Assembly (NCBI GenBank): GCA_012839665.1
Contig: DUMX01000083.1
Location: 1-44,450, forward strand
DNA length: 44,450 nt
Direction: 5' to 3'
From: Gelria sp.
GTDB lineage: Bacteria > Bacillota > Syntrophomonadia > Syntrophomonadales > Syntrophomonadaceae
Notes under the pieces: generated by a model
Databases searched by the model: none
What the model saw: only the letters and a program-made list of their open reading frames with translations
Told to the model about the DNA's origin: nothing
Shown here: piece after piece, positions 35,200 through 44,450 of the stretch
Layout of the letters: the number at the start of each line of letters is the position of its first letter
Position numbering within the stretch: the stretch's first letter is position 1
Position numbers and translations under genes: made by a program

Positions 35200-36540
35200 A
35201 TGGTAAAGAATTTTCGAGAAAATAAGTCTTGTTTACCAGCAGTGGCTGTAATTGTAGTTTTACTTGTGAGTTTGATTGGTTTATTTGGGTTAAGGACACC
35301 GGGTTATATGGTCTATGTTGATGGCAATCAGGAGTTTGCGCTGAAGCATAAGGCTGATTTACAAGAGGTTCTTAACAAAATTGAGGTCAGGGAAGAAACA
35401 AACTGCCAGTATAAATTGGAACTAGCAACCAAGGTGGAATGTAAACGGGGTCTGGTAAGAAAAAGCCAGTTAGTATCTTGTAAAGAAGCAGAGAAGAAAC
35501 TGGTCCAGGTTTTAGATTTCAAAGTACCTGCGTGCGCCATTGTGGTTGATGGTAAGAAGATAGCCTATGTTGAAAGTAAGGCAGCAGCGAATAGTATGCT
35601 TAACAGGTTGAAAAAAGAATACAGCCAGCTGGAAGCAGGTGAGAAACTAGTAGCAATTGATTTTGCAGAAAAGGTAAAAGTTAAGGAAGAAAAGGTACCA
35701 TTTAAGAAACTAGTGTCGATAGAAGAAGCTTATGACCTTATTCGTACCGGAACTAATAATCCGGAGAAATATATCGTTAAGGAAGGCGACAACTTGTGGC
35801 TTATTGCCCGTCGTAACGATATGTATGTAGACGATATAGTTCAAGCCAACGGATTGACTACAGAGAATCTACAGTTAGATCAGGAATTAATTCTGGTAAA
35901 AAGTAAACCGTACATAAATGTTATTACTAAAGTAGAGGGAGAGAAAACTGAAGTTATACCTTATGAAACCAAGGTTATTGTGGATAAAAATTCCCCTGGT
36001 TCCATTCGGGTTAAACAGGAGGGAAAAAACGGGGAGCGGCACATAGCCTATACTGCCAATAAGCGTAATGGTATTACTGAAAAAACTAATATTATAGAAG
36101 AGAAGATTTTGAAAGCAGCGGTTGATAAGGTTGTCATTAAGGGAACTCGAGTTACCCAAATAGCCTCTCGTGGTGGCGGTGGGTCAGGAGCCCTGGACTG
36201 GCCGACTTACGGACGTATTACCCAATATTATAGGAGTGGGCATCGGGCCATTGATATTGGGGGCAGAACTGGTCAGGCTATTAGAGCGGCTGATTCAGGT
36301 TATGTAAGTTTTGCCGGGTATCAAGGTAGTTATGGTAAACTAGTTATAGTTAACCACAATAATGGAATAGTTACTAAATATGCACATTGCAGTTCCATAA
36401 ATGTATCTACTGGTCAGAAGGTTAGTAAAGGGCAAACTATTGCTGCACTAGGTTCAACTGGTCGAAGTAGTGGGCCTCACTTGCATTTTGAGGTATTGGT
36501 CAATGGTTCAGCTACCAATCCACTTAATTACTTACGTTAG
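35200..36540 (+). CDS. LysM, G5 and M23 domain peptidoglycan metalloendopeptidase
   Basis: N-terminal TM. LysM (YIVKEGDNLWLIARRNDMYVDDIVQANGL). G5-like (VIPYETKVIVDKNSPGSIRVKQEGKNGERHIAY). M23 motifs HRAIDIGG and GPHLHFEV. Confidence 0.85.
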   Translation: MVKNFRENKSCLPAVAVIVVLLVSLIGLFGLRTPGYMVYVDGNQEFALKHKADLQEVLNKIEVREETNCQYKLELATKVECKRGLVRKSQLVSCKEAEKKLVQVLDFKVPACAIVVDGKKIAYVESKAAANSMLNRLKKEYSQLEAGEKLVAIDFAEKVKVKEEKVPFKKLVSIEEAYDLIRTGTNNPEKYIVKEGDNLWLIARRNDMYVDDIVQANGLTTENLQLDQELILVKSKPYINVITKVEGEKTEVIPYETKVIVDKNSPGSIRVKQEGKNGERHIAYTANKRNGITEKTNIIEEKILKAAVDKVVIKGTRVTQIASRGGGGSGALDWPTYGRITQYYRSGHRAIDIGGRTGQAIRAADSGYVSFAGYQGSYGKLVIVNHNNGIVTKYAHCSSINVSTGQKVSKGQTIAALGSTGRSSGPHLHFEVLVNGSATNPLNYLR

Positions 36541-36549
36541 TTAAACGAA

Positions 36550-36578
36550 AACCCTGGCCGTTAGGTCAGGGTTTTTTT
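36550..36578 (+). terminator. Rho-independent terminator after the M23 peptidase gene
   Basis: AACCCTGGCC (36550-36559), GTTA loop, GGTCAGGGTT (36564-36573; 10 bp with one G-T pair), running into a T7 tract (36572-36578). Confidence 0.65.
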
Positions 36579-36608
36579 ATGATTTTTGGCATGAAAGGAG
36601 ACAGGTTT

Positions 36609-37514
36609 GTGTATGATGTAATAATTATCGGTGGGGGACCGGCCGGGTTGACTGCTGCCATATATACTGGCAGGGCTAAACTTAAGACTCTGGTACTAGA
36701 AGCGGGCACGCTCGGTGGAAATGCCGGACAAACCGACCTGATTGACAATTATCCAGGCTTTCCTTTTGGTATTAGTGGTAGTGATCTGGCGGATAATTTC
36801 TTAAAACAGGCAGAGCGCTTTGGGGCTGAAATAAGAATAGAAGAGGTAACTGGGATAGAAGAGTCACCTGGAGGTAAACGGGTGATTACTAACCAGGGTG
36901 AGTACCTGGCTCGTTCTGTAATTATTACTGTGGGTGCAAGACGCCGGGAGTTGGAAGTAGAAGGTGAAAAAGAATATTTAGGGCGAGGGGTTTCCTATTG
37001 TGCAACTTGTGACGGCGCCTTTTTCCAAAATTATCCGGTTGCCGTAGTAGGAGGAGGCGACTCTGCAGTTAAGGAAGCGCTTTATCTAGCTGATATAGCA
37101 GCGCGGGTTTATTTGATTCATCGTCGGGAAGGTTTCCGAGCTAACCAGACCGCAGTTGATAAAATGCGGGCTAATGATAAAATTGAACTGAAATTAAACA
37201 AGGTAGTAAAACGTATAGAAGGCGAAGGGCTGATGCAAAACGTAACCCTATTGGATGTTAAAACTGGAGAGGAAGAAAGCCTGCAGGTGGAGGGGTTGTT
37301 TGTCAGCATTGGACTGGTAGCAGCAGCAGACTTTATCGAAGGTCTGTTGGAAACCGAGGACGGTTACATAGTGACCGACGAGAATATGGAGACATCAGTA
37401 CCCGGTATTTTTGCTGCTGGAGATATCAGAGTGAAAACAGCCAGGCAGGTGGCTACTGCTGTGGGTGATGGAGCCCTGGCAGGAATAGCCGTTACTGAAT
37501 ATTTGAAGGAATAG
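36609..37514 (+). CDS. trxB: Thioredoxin-disulfide reductase
   Basis: AAAGGAG RBS lies 8 nt before the GTG at 36609. FAD motif YDVIIIGGGPAGLTAAIY. Redox-active CATCDG. NADPH motif VVGGGDSA. The track ORF start at 36579 lies inside the upstream terminator. Confidence 0.9.
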   Translation: MYDVIIIGGGPAGLTAAIYTGRAKLKTLVLEAGTLGGNAGQTDLIDNYPGFPFGISGSDLADNFLKQAERFGAEIRIEEVTGIEESPGGKRVITNQGEYLARSVIITVGARRRELEVEGEKEYLGRGVSYCATCDGAFFQNYPVAVVGGGDSAVKEALYLADIAARVYLIHRREGFRANQTAVDKMRANDKIELKLNKVVKRIEGEGLMQNVTLLDVKTGEEESLQVEGLFVSIGLVAAADFIEGLLETEDGYIVTDENMETSVPGIFAAGDIRVKTARQVATAVGDGALAGIAVTEYLKE

Positions 37515-37585
37515 TACCACTATTTGCTTTCCCCCCCACCATTGAGCCCATAGTATAATGGGGTGCAGAGGGGAGAGAGATAGGG

Positions 37586-38428
37586 ATGTTGGGGATTAAA
37601 TTGCCAGTTTCGGGCAAAGGTATGGTCCTGGTGCTGGCCTTTATTTTATTAATAACTTTGCTGATGAGTAAAAACAGCCAGGCTTTGATGCGTTTCATGG
37701 TAGGTCAAGAAGTAGATTTAAAAACCGCTAACTTTGACCAGTATCAGAGTGAACATTATGATATTAGATATACCCCGGTTGATGAACCTTATATAAAACT
37801 GATTGCTGGTACAGCTGAAGAGGCTTATGATGCAGTTAGCGCTATGTTCGGGGTAAAACCGAGTGGCAGGACGGTTTTAGTAGTTTATCCAGATAGCAGT
37901 AGTCTTTCTCAAAGTTTTGGTTGGGATAAGGATGCCAGTGCTATGGGAGTTTACTGGGCAGGTTCCATCCGTATATTATCTCCCCGGGAATGGCTGGGGG
38001 AACAGGATATGCAGCTGCACTTTGCCCGTGAGGGGCCTATGGTTCATGAATTTGCTCATCTAATGGTCGACGAATTGAGTCAGGGGAATTATAATCGCTG
38101 GTGGACCGAAGGCATTGCCCAGTATGTTGAAAAGAAAATTACCGGATTCGAGTTTTCCAGTCCTTTTGCCGGGGATAAAAAGGTAGAGTATTACCAGTTA
38201 AAACAACTGGCGAAAAGATTTGATGAATTGGAACAATCCATTGTTTATTGGGAGTCCCTGCAGGCAGTGGAGTATATTGCTGACTGCTATGGAGAGGCCA
38301 GTTTATTTGATATAACCCGGCAATTAGGTCAGGGAAAAAGCTTGGAACAAGCTATCGAAAAAATCCTGGCAATACCGTATACTGAATGGGAGGAAGGTTT
38401 TTACCAGCATATTATGAAACAAGTTTAA
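37586..38428 (+). CDS. Membrane-anchored gluzincin-like metallopeptidase (HExxH...E)
   Basis: N-terminal TM. HEFAHLMVDE is followed 24 aa later by WTEGIAQY, which would be a third-ligand Glu as in MA-clan peptidases. Confidence 0.65.
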   Translation: MLGIKLPVSGKGMVLVLAFILLITLLMSKNSQALMRFMVGQEVDLKTANFDQYQSEHYDIRYTPVDEPYIKLIAGTAEEAYDAVSAMFGVKPSGRTVLVVYPDSSSLSQSFGWDKDASAMGVYWAGSIRILSPREWLGEQDMQLHFAREGPMVHEFAHLMVDELSQGNYNRWWTEGIAQYVEKKITGFEFSSPFAGDKKVEYYQLKQLAKRFDELEQSIVYWESLQAVEYIADCYGEASLFDITRQLGQGKSLEQAIEKILAIPYTEWEEGFYQHIMKQV

Positions 38429-38443
38429 CAAGAGGTGTAAATC

Positions 38444-39697
38444 TTGAAAGATACATTAATAATTGAAGGGGGTAACCCCCTTTATGGGAAGGTACGGGCC
38501 AGCGGAGCTAAAAATGCTGGACTAGTTATAATGGCTGCCAGTATTATGGCCGATGGTGAGACGATATTAGATAACGTACCCCGGATACGCGATGTTGAAG
38601 TAATGATAAAAATATTAAATGATATAAATGTGGACACACGCTGGAATGAGGATGGTAGCCTATCTATTTGCCCACCGGCAGGTGAGATTAAGCCCCATAC
38701 CTCCTATGAATTGGCTAAATTACTGCGTGCGTCCAATCTTTTTCTGGGGGCTATGTTGGGGCGGCAGCAAGAAGCTACCGTTTCCCTGCCCGGAGGGTGT
38801 GATATAGGTTCGCGCCCGATGGATTTGCATATTAAGGGTATTCAAGCCCTGGGGGCTCAAGTTAATATTGAGCATGGTTATATATATGCCCGTAACCAGA
38901 GCCCGGGAGGTGCCCGTATTTATCTGGATTTTCCCAGTGTTGGAGCTACTGAAAACATAATAATGATGGCTTCTAAAACTCCGGGTCTAAGTATAATAGA
39001 AAATGCGGGCAAAGAGCCAGAGATAGTAGATTTGGCTAATTTTTTAAACTCCATGGGAGCAAGAATCAGGGGTGCTGGTACGGATGTTATAAAAATCGAA
39101 GGGGTAAAAGAGCTTAAGGCATGTCGTTATGCCATCATCCCGGATCGGATTGAAGCTGGTACTTATATGGTGGCGGCGGCTATTTCCGGTGGTGAAGTAC
39201 TGGTGGAAAATGTAATTCCTACGCATTTACATCCAATTGTAGCTAAACTGCAGGAGACTGGTGCGGAGGTTAGCGAGGTAAATGGCGGTATACTGGTAAG
39301 GGCTGCTGATAAAATACTGCCGGTTGATATTAAGACCCTGCCTTATCCGGGGTTTCCGACTGATATGCAGTCACAGATGATGGCCCTGTTGTCTCTGGGG
39401 GAGGGGTCCAGTGTAATCGTAGAGAATGTATTTGAAAACCGTTTTCAGATAGTTGACGAATTGAAGCGTATGGGTGCCAATATTAAAGTGGAAGGGCATA
39501 CTGCAGTGGTAGATGGAGTTAGTACCCTTTATGGTGCCAGGGTAAAGGCAACTGACTTGCGTGCTGGTGCAGCCCTGGTATTGGCAGCTTTGGTAGCCAG
39601 AGGCCAGACCGTAATCGAAAATGCGACCTATATTTTCCGAGGTTATGAAGATATTAGCAGTAAATTAGGAACTTTGGGTGCCAGGGTTATTGAATAG
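38444..39697 (+). CDS. murA: UDP-N-acetylglucosamine 1-carboxyvinyltransferase
   Basis: Full-length MurA pattern (GGNPLYGKVRASGAKNA...). Catalytic Cys in LPGGCDIGSRPMDLH. TTG start with AGAGGTG RBS. Confidence 0.92.
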   Translation: MKDTLIIEGGNPLYGKVRASGAKNAGLVIMAASIMADGETILDNVPRIRDVEVMIKILNDINVDTRWNEDGSLSICPPAGEIKPHTSYELAKLLRASNLFLGAMLGRQQEATVSLPGGCDIGSRPMDLHIKGIQALGAQVNIEHGYIYARNQSPGGARIYLDFPSVGATENIIMMASKTPGLSIIENAGKEPEIVDLANFLNSMGARIRGAGTDVIKIEGVKELKACRYAIIPDRIEAGTYMVAAAISGGEVLVENVIPTHLHPIVAKLQETGAEVSEVNGGILVRAADKILPVDIKTLPYPGFPTDMQSQMMALLSLGEGSSVIVENVFENRFQIVDELKRMGANIKVEGHTAVVDGVSTLYGARVKATDLRAGAALVLAALVARGQTVIENATYIFRGYEDISSKLGTLGARVIE

Positions 39698-39713
39698 TTA
39701 AAAAGTCAACAGG

Positions 39714-39762
39714 ACGGATGTTTGACCCTACTATGGGTGCGGCCGAACATCCGTTGTTTTAT
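39714..39762 (+). terminator. Putative terminator after murA (large-loop hairpin)
   Basis: ACGGATGTT (39714-39722) pairs with AACATCCGT (39746-39754), followed by TGTTTTATTT. The 23-nt loop lowers confidence. Confidence 0.45.
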
Positions 39763-39851
39763 TTATGGAAGATATTGAACAGTATAATAAAAGGCCATAG
39801 GTTAGAAAATATGACTGTTTCCTACCATAATAAACAATACAGGGGGATGTT

Positions 39852-40925
39852 ATGAACAGGCAAGCAGTCAGGGGAATACTATATTTTCTCATCTTCTTTT
39901 GCGTTGGTCTTGGTGTTGTGGCTATTTTCAACCACAAATCTCCATCCAGCAAACCGATTGCGGGACCGGAGGAAATAGTCGTTAGCGGGGCTATAAGTAA
40001 AGTAGCTGCCCAGGTTAGCCCATCAGTGGTGGGTATAACTAATTTGAGCAGTGACGGGGATATATTTAACCAGCGTAAGGTAGAGACAACTGGTTCGGGA
40101 GTTATTATTGACAGTCAGGGGCATATTGTAAGTAATAACCATGTAGTAAAAGATGCCCAAGGCCTGATAGTTACTTTAGCAGACGGAACCGAAAAAGAGG
40201 CGAAGATCATTGGTACCGACCCTCGTACCGACCTGGCCTTAATTAAAATAAAGGTTGAACGGAAGGTAACTCCGGTACAATTTGGTGATTCTGATAAACT
40301 GGTAGTGGGAGAGGAAGTAGTGGCTATAGGTAATCCCTTGGGACTAAGGTTTGCCCGCTCAGTTACTGCTGGCGTAGTAAGTGGATTAAATCGTTTGCTA
40401 ACTACGGAAGAAGGATTTACCTTTCGCCTTATACAGACTGATGCGGCTATTAATCCGGGTAACAGCGGGGGTGCTCTGGTTAATCTGCAGGGTCAACTGG
40501 TGGGAATAAATACGGTAAAAATTGCCGCCGAGGGATTTGAAGGTATGGGTTTTTCTATCCCTTCCAACCAGGTGAGAATGGTGGTAGAGGACATAAAAAA
40601 ACACGGGCGGGTTTTACGCCCCTTAATGGGAATCAAAATAATAGGGGAAATAAGTGGGGATGAGGCCAGGTACTTTAATCTGCCGGTTGCTAGCGGCGTA
40701 GTAATTGAACCGGCGGCAGGTGGACCGGCTGATAAGGCTGGTATTAAACGTTATGATATAGTATCTTCTCTGGACGGGGTTAAAATTGAAACCGCCTCCC
40801 AGTTGCAGGATCTAATATTTGGTAAAAAAATTGGACAGGTAGTTAAGTTGCAATTGGTAAGACTACCTCGTACTCAGGTAGGGCAAATAGAGGTTAAAAC
40901 CATCAAGGTTAAGCTGGATAAGTAA
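39852..40925 (+). CDS. S1C (HtrA/DegP-like) serine protease with a PDZ domain
   Basis: N-terminal TM. Catalytic triad context SNNHVV, TDLALIK and GNSGGALVN. C-terminal PDZ-like region (VVIEPAAGGPADKAGIKRYDIV). Confidence 0.88.
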   Translation: MNRQAVRGILYFLIFFCVGLGVVAIFNHKSPSSKPIAGPEEIVVSGAISKVAAQVSPSVVGITNLSSDGDIFNQRKVETTGSGVIIDSQGHIVSNNHVVKDAQGLIVTLADGTEKEAKIIGTDPRTDLALIKIKVERKVTPVQFGDSDKLVVGEEVVAIGNPLGLRFARSVTAGVVSGLNRLLTTEEGFTFRLIQTDAAINPGNSGGALVNLQGQLVGINTVKIAAEGFEGMGFSIPSNQVRMVVEDIKKHGRVLRPLMGIKIIGEISGDEARYFNLPVASGVVIEPAAGGPADKAGIKRYDIVSSLDGVKIETASQLQDLIFGKKIGQVVKLQLVRLPRTQVGQIEVKTIKVKLDK

Positions 40926-40961
40926 ACAGTCCAGATAGGATTGAACCTTCTGGACTGTTTT
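40925..40961. terminator. Hairpin terminator between the convergent htrA-like and Ig-like genes
   Basis: ACAGTCCAGA (40925-40934) pairs with TCTGGACTGT (40948-40957), followed by TTTT. It has an A-rich 5' flank, so it may act in both directions. Confidence 0.6.
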
Positions 40962-40996
40962 TGGCTTACTATAATGTTTTAGGGAAACCGGAAACA

Positions 40997-41395
40997 TTAT
41001 TCTTCAATTGGTGTTGGAACTACGCCTCTCCTTCCTGTGGTAAATACAATGATAACACCTTTACCCAGGCTTTCGCCGGCTTTTGATGTCAGCTTAGGAC
41101 CAATGCGGATAGTGTATTTAGTATTGGCAGTAAGTAATCCTATAGGTTTGATATAAATATTACGTCGTTTTTCGACAGCCATGGATCGTACTACATTATA
41201 GTCTATTCTCTTCTGCAGACGCTTGCTGCCCGCCCAAAATTCTATTTGTCGTTTGTTATCTTCCCAGACGGAATCATCTACCACATTTTTATCAAAGACC
41301 AGGGTGATGGTGCGGATACTGCGAGAAACGTTGGTGGCACCATTAGCAGGAATGGAACTGACAAAACTCAGGGGCTTTTCTCCGGGTTGCGCCAT
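40997..41395 (-). CDS. Small leaderless Ig-like (SbsA_Ig/Big_5-type) domain protein, paralog 1
   Basis: AAAGGAGG RBS. PLSFVSSIPANGATNVSRSIRTITLVFDKNV...NTKYTIRIGPKLTSKAGESLGKGVIIVFTTG fits the Big_5 pattern. No signal peptide. Confidence 0.7.
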   Translation of the reverse strand: MAQPGEKPLSFVSSIPANGATNVSRSIRTITLVFDKNVVDDSVWEDNKRQIEFWAGSKRLQKRIDYNVVRSMAVEKRRNIYIKPIGLLTANTKYTIRIGPKLTSKAGESLGKGVIIVFTTGRRGVVPTPIEE

Positions 41396-41677
41396 TTTTA
41401 TACCTCCTTTACTTAACCTGGTGTATACTATGCAGGTATATAGAACCCGGTTACTTCATAAAAAAGGTAAGTTATGGTATATAAGTTACTGCTATTGTGA
41501 GAAGGGTACAGTTAAGAATCCTTAATTTACATATTTGCTTAACTATAGTAATAAAATTAATTGTTTTGTGTCTGGAATAGACTGGAATATATACATTGTA
41601 TCCATATAATGTTGGCACGATTATTGCTAATCAAGAAAGCATTACTAAAAGACGTAACCCCGGAGAGAAGTCAGATT

Positions 41678-42067
41678 TTATTCAGCTGGAATAACACCAT
41701 TCGCACCAGTGGTAAAGGATACCCGTACGGTTTGGCCCAGAGTTTCTCCGGCCTTGGACCTTAGATTCCGGCCAATCACAATGGTATATCTGGTATTAGC
41801 GCGAAGCCGGTTTACTGGATGGACAAAAATTTTACGGCGCTGGGAAAAGTTGACCGTGTCAGGAATCCTGGTAACCCTGATAGGCACCCGGATAGTGCCC
41901 CTGAACATGCGAATTTGGTTGCGATTATTAGTCCAGACTGCATTATTGACAACGTTCTTGTCAAAAAACAGGGTGATAGTTCTGATACCAGGGGATACAT
42001 TGCGCGACCCGCGGGCGGGAATAGAGCGCACAAAATTTAAGGGTTTGGCACCATTTGGCATTTTCAT
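41678..42067 (-). CDS. Small leaderless Ig-like (SbsA_Ig/Big_5-type) domain protein, paralog 2
   Basis: AAAGGAGG RBS. PLNFVRSIPARGSRNVSPGIRTITLFFDKNV...NTRYTIVIGRNLRSKAGETLGQTVRVSFTTG. It looks roughly 45% identical to paralog 1 by eye. Confidence 0.7.
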   Translation of the reverse strand: MKMPNGAKPLNFVRSIPARGSRNVSPGIRTITLFFDKNVVNNAVWTNNRNQIRMFRGTIRVPIRVTRIPDTVNFSQRRKIFVHPVNRLRANTRYTIVIGRNLRSKAGETLGQTVRVSFTTGANGVIPAE

Positions 42068-42286
42068 ACCTCCTTTTACAGATTTGTTGTATAATATGCA
42101 AATGAATACGTAGGGGCTACTATTGAATAAGGGAAATAATGGTTATCTGTATTTGAGAAGGAACGAAAGATAGTCAGTATTAATAGAAATAGAGGGAACC
42201 CAACTTTTTTGTTAATGGAATAGATTGGAATAATGACACTTCTATTCGGAGAAGATGGTATACATTTTGCATAAGGTGGCGGGGCT

Positions 42287-42766
42287 GTGCGATATCGGAT
42301 TATATCAGTAGGTAAAATTAAGGAAACCTATTATTTAAATGGGATTAAAGAATACCTGAAAAGACTACAGCCTTATACCGGCATCGAATTGGTAGATGGT
42401 CTGGAGGAAAAAACTAATCCGCGGGCGGGGCCAAGTGAAATTAATAGGGTGCTAAGCCGGGAAGGTCAACGGGTCTTAAAGTTGATTAGCGATGATGATA
42501 TCCTGGTGGTTCTAGATATCCAGGGGAATAGTATGAGCTCGGAAGCGTTTGCCCAGCTAGTAGAGCAGTGGAACTTCTCAGGTAAATCTCGGGTTAACCT
42601 GGTTATAGGAGGTTCTCATGGGTTATCTGAAGAAGTAAGAGGAAGGGCCCATTACCGTATATCTTTTTCCGCCATGACTTTTCCTCACCAGATGGCTGTC
42701 CTTATACTTACCGAACAGCTTTATCGGGGATTTAAAATATTAAAGGGGGAACCATATCATAAGTAG
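42287..42766 (+). CDS. rlmH: 23S rRNA (pseudouridine1915-N3)-methyltransferase
   Basis: 159-aa SPOUT protein starting MRYRIISVGKIKE, with ...VLDIQG...LVIGGSHGLSEEV...SFSAMTFPHQM, typical of RlmH. Confidence 0.9.
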   Translation: MRYRIISVGKIKETYYLNGIKEYLKRLQPYTGIELVDGLEEKTNPRAGPSEINRVLSREGQRVLKLISDDDILVVLDIQGNSMSSEAFAQLVEQWNFSGKSRVNLVIGGSHGLSEEVRGRAHYRISFSAMTFPHQMAVLILTEQLYRGFKILKGEPYHK

Positions 42767-42859
42767 CGTGGAGGTAGCAGATGGTATAGGTATATCAAAG
42801 TTCGGTGGTAATCGTCTTAAACCCACATGAAGGGTTCCTTACTGATAAGGGGGATTAAT

Positions 42860-44254
42860 ATGGAGAAAACAGTAGTCAGGCAATTGGTAAGGGATACTGG
42901 TAGATACGCTAATCAGGAAGTGGAAATCAGCGGATGGATTAGGAGTAATCGCGACCAGAAGTCCTTTGGGTTTATAGCGCTTAATGATGGTACTCATTTT
43001 AATACGGTACAGGTGGTATATGAAAAGGAGTTTCTGGATAATTTTGACGAAGTAGCCCGGTTTAGAACGGGTGCAGCTGTTACGGTCAGAGGGGTACTGG
43101 TAGAGACACCGCAGGCCAGGCAGCCCTTTGAGGTTAAGGCCCGGGAGGTAATCCTGGCCGGGGATTCTCCAGAAGATTATCCGATACAACCTAAGCGTCA
43201 TAGCCGGGAGTTTTTGCGTGAGGTGGCTCATTTACGCCCCCGTACCAATTTATTTGCGGCTGTTTTCCGGATACGCTCCCTGGCATCTTATGCTATCCAC
43301 AAGTTTTTCCAGGAGCGGGGATTTGTTTATGTCCATTCTCCGATTATTACTGCCAGTGATGCCGAAGGGGCCGGGGAATTGTTCCGGGTTACCACATTAG
43401 ATGCAAAAAAGCTGCCGTTTGCTGATACTGGCGAAGTCGATTTTTCACAGGATTTTTTTGGCCGCAGGACCAATCTTACTGTGAGTGGTCAGCTGGAAGC
43501 GGAAGCCTTTGCATTGGCCTTTAAGGACGTATATACTTTTGGACCGACATTCCGCGCGGAGAATTCCAATACGGCCCGGCATGCCGCTGAATTCTGGATG
43601 ATTGAACCGGAAATGGCTTTCGCTGATTTGAATGATGATATGCAATTGGCTGAAGCTATGGTAAAATTCGCGATTGGTTATGTGCTGGAAAATGCCCCCG
43701 AGGAAATAGAATTCTGTAATAGATTTGTGGATAAGGGTTTATTGGAGAGGCTTACTAGCATCATAAATCAGGAATTTGTTCAGATAACTTATACCCGGGC
43801 GGTGGAAATTCTACAGGCAGCGGGGGAGAGTTTCGACTATCCAGTGGATTGGGGCAGTGACCTGCAGACTGAGCATGAACGCTATTTAACCGAGAAGGTC
43901 TTTAAAAGGCCGGTTTTTGTAACTGATTATCCCCGGGATATTAAGGCTTTTTATATGCGGCAAAATGATGATGGCAAGACTGTAGCTGCTATGGATTTAC
44001 TAGTTCCAGGAGTAGGAGAACTTATCGGCGGCAGCCAAAGGGAAGAAAGGCTGGAGCTCTTGGAAAAAAGGATGGCAGAAATGGGTGTACCTCGCGATGA
44101 TTTATGGTGGTATCTGGAGCTAAGGAAATACGGTGGAGTCAAGCATGCCGGATTTGGTCTGGGTTTTGAGCGGTTTATTATGTATCTTACCGGGGTAAGT
44201 AATATTCGCGATGTTATACCCTTTCCCCGAACCGTTAAGTCGTGTGAGTTTTAA
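42860..44254 (+). CDS. asnS: Asparagine--tRNA ligase
   Basis: OB-fold N-terminus ([25 protein letters not shown]). Class II motifs with the AsnRS signature [25 protein letters not shown]-terminal [15 protein letters not shown] at 42860 follows GGGGGA. Confidence 0.92.
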   Translation: MEKTVVRQLVRDTGRYANQEVEISGWIRSNRDQKSFGFIALNDGTHFNTVQVVYEKEFLDNFDEVARFRTGAAVTVRGVLVETPQARQPFEVKAREVILAGDSPEDYPIQPKRHSREFLREVAHLRPRTNLFAAVFRIRSLASYAIHKFFQERGFVYVHSPIITASDAEGAGELFRVTTLDAKKLPFADTGEVDFSQDFFGRRTNLTVSGQLEAEAFALAFKDVYTFGPTFRAENSNTARHAAEFWMIEPEMAFADLNDDMQLAEAMVKFAIGYVLENAPEEIEFCNRFVDKGLLERLTSIINQEFVQITYTRAVEILQAAGESFDYPVDWGSDLQTEHERYLTEKVFKRPVFVTDYPRDIKAFYMRQNDDGKTVAAMDLLVPGVGELIGGSQREERLELLEKRMAEMGVPRDDLWWYLELRKYGGVKHAGFGLGFERFIMYLTGVSNIRDVIPFPRTVKSCEF

Positions 44255-44295
44255 TATGGAATTTTTGACACTGAAGAAAAACTGCCACCTTAATA

Positions 44296-44408
44296 GTACC
44301 GATAGGTACATCCGTGTCCCCGTAGGGGGATTTCTTATGAAAACCATACCCTACGGGCACACAGCAGCTTTCGGTAGGAAGTGTAGGGAACGGCCCCTGT
44401 GCCGTTCC
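44296..44408. other. Cluster of stable hairpins downstream of asnS (unidentified structured element, cut by the window edge)
   Basis: GTACC-GATA-GGTAC (44296-44309). GTGTCCCCGTAGGG (44314-44327) pairs with CCCTACGGGCACAC (44349-44362) at 13 of 14 positions. GGAACGGC (44387-44394) pairs with GCCGTTCC (44401-44408). Confidence 0.3.
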
Positions 44409-44450
44409 GTCATGTTGTTCGTAATACCGGTGCAACCATTTTCATCGCTG

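Noticed and set aside
36579-36608. Upstream start of trxB at 36579, as in the ORF track.
   Set aside because: That ATG lies at the T-tract of the preceding terminator. An AAAGGAG RBS lies 8 nt before the GTG at 36609, which gives the canonical YDVIIIGGGPAG N-terminus.
41709-42113. Plus-strand 134-aa ORF (and 41561..41764) antisense to Ig-like paralog 2.
   Set aside because: The minus-strand frame has an RBS, a recognisable Ig-like (Big_5) pattern and a paralog next door. The plus-strand products have no features.
42767-42859. T-box leader upstream of asnS.
   Set aside because: Only about 93 nt are available between rlmH and asnS. That is too short for a T-box, and I found no specifier-loop or T-box consensus sequence.
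44290-44450. Group II intron end (domain V/VI) or start, on either strand.
   Set aside because: There is no GUGYG 5' motif. There is also no 34-nt domain V hairpin with an AGC triad, a bulge and a GNRA loop. The stems present have the wrong geometry.

Overview
This window looks like a chromosomal segment from a Gram-positive anaerobe of the Clostridia type. The evidence is strong GGAGG ribosome-binding sites, frequent GTG/TTG starts, a SCIFF peptide with its radical-SAM maturase, and sporulation-style promoter motifs. I saw no rRNA, CRISPR array, transposase or integrase.

Content from left to right:
- 255-4790: a MerR-like regulator coupled to a cytoplasmic VIT/vWA protein, then a small arginine-rich ORF, a lipoprotein, and an opposite-strand coiled-coil protein built from 42-bp repeats.
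- 5207-12541: a four-gene, translationally coupled type I restriction-modification operon (hsdM-hsdS-hsdR plus a DUF45/HExxH peptidase). Its HsdM is unusually long.
- 12726-14156: an unassignable 476-aa ORF.
- 14362-19285: canonical sbcDC.
- 19282-20793: a convergent 503-aa HTH protein.
- 20948-33269: the most unusual region. It is a same-strand cluster of LemA, DUF2207, two small multipass membrane proteins, a 2013-aa protein, and two zinc-ribbon proteins, ending at tRNA-Gly(CCC). The 2013-aa protein holds about 86 consecutive G-[FYW]-[DN]-x-x pentads arranged in 120-bp higher-order DNA repeats.
- 33522-44254: SCIFF (a 46-aa ORF missing from the ORF track) and its maturase, followed by housekeeping and envelope genes: LysM/G5/M23 peptidase, trxB, a gluzincin-like protein, murA, an htrA-like protease, rlmH and asnS.
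- 40997-42067: a tandem pair of leaderless Ig-like paralogs inserted between the htrA-like gene and rlmH.

All family assignments come from motifs read by eye. No database search was run.
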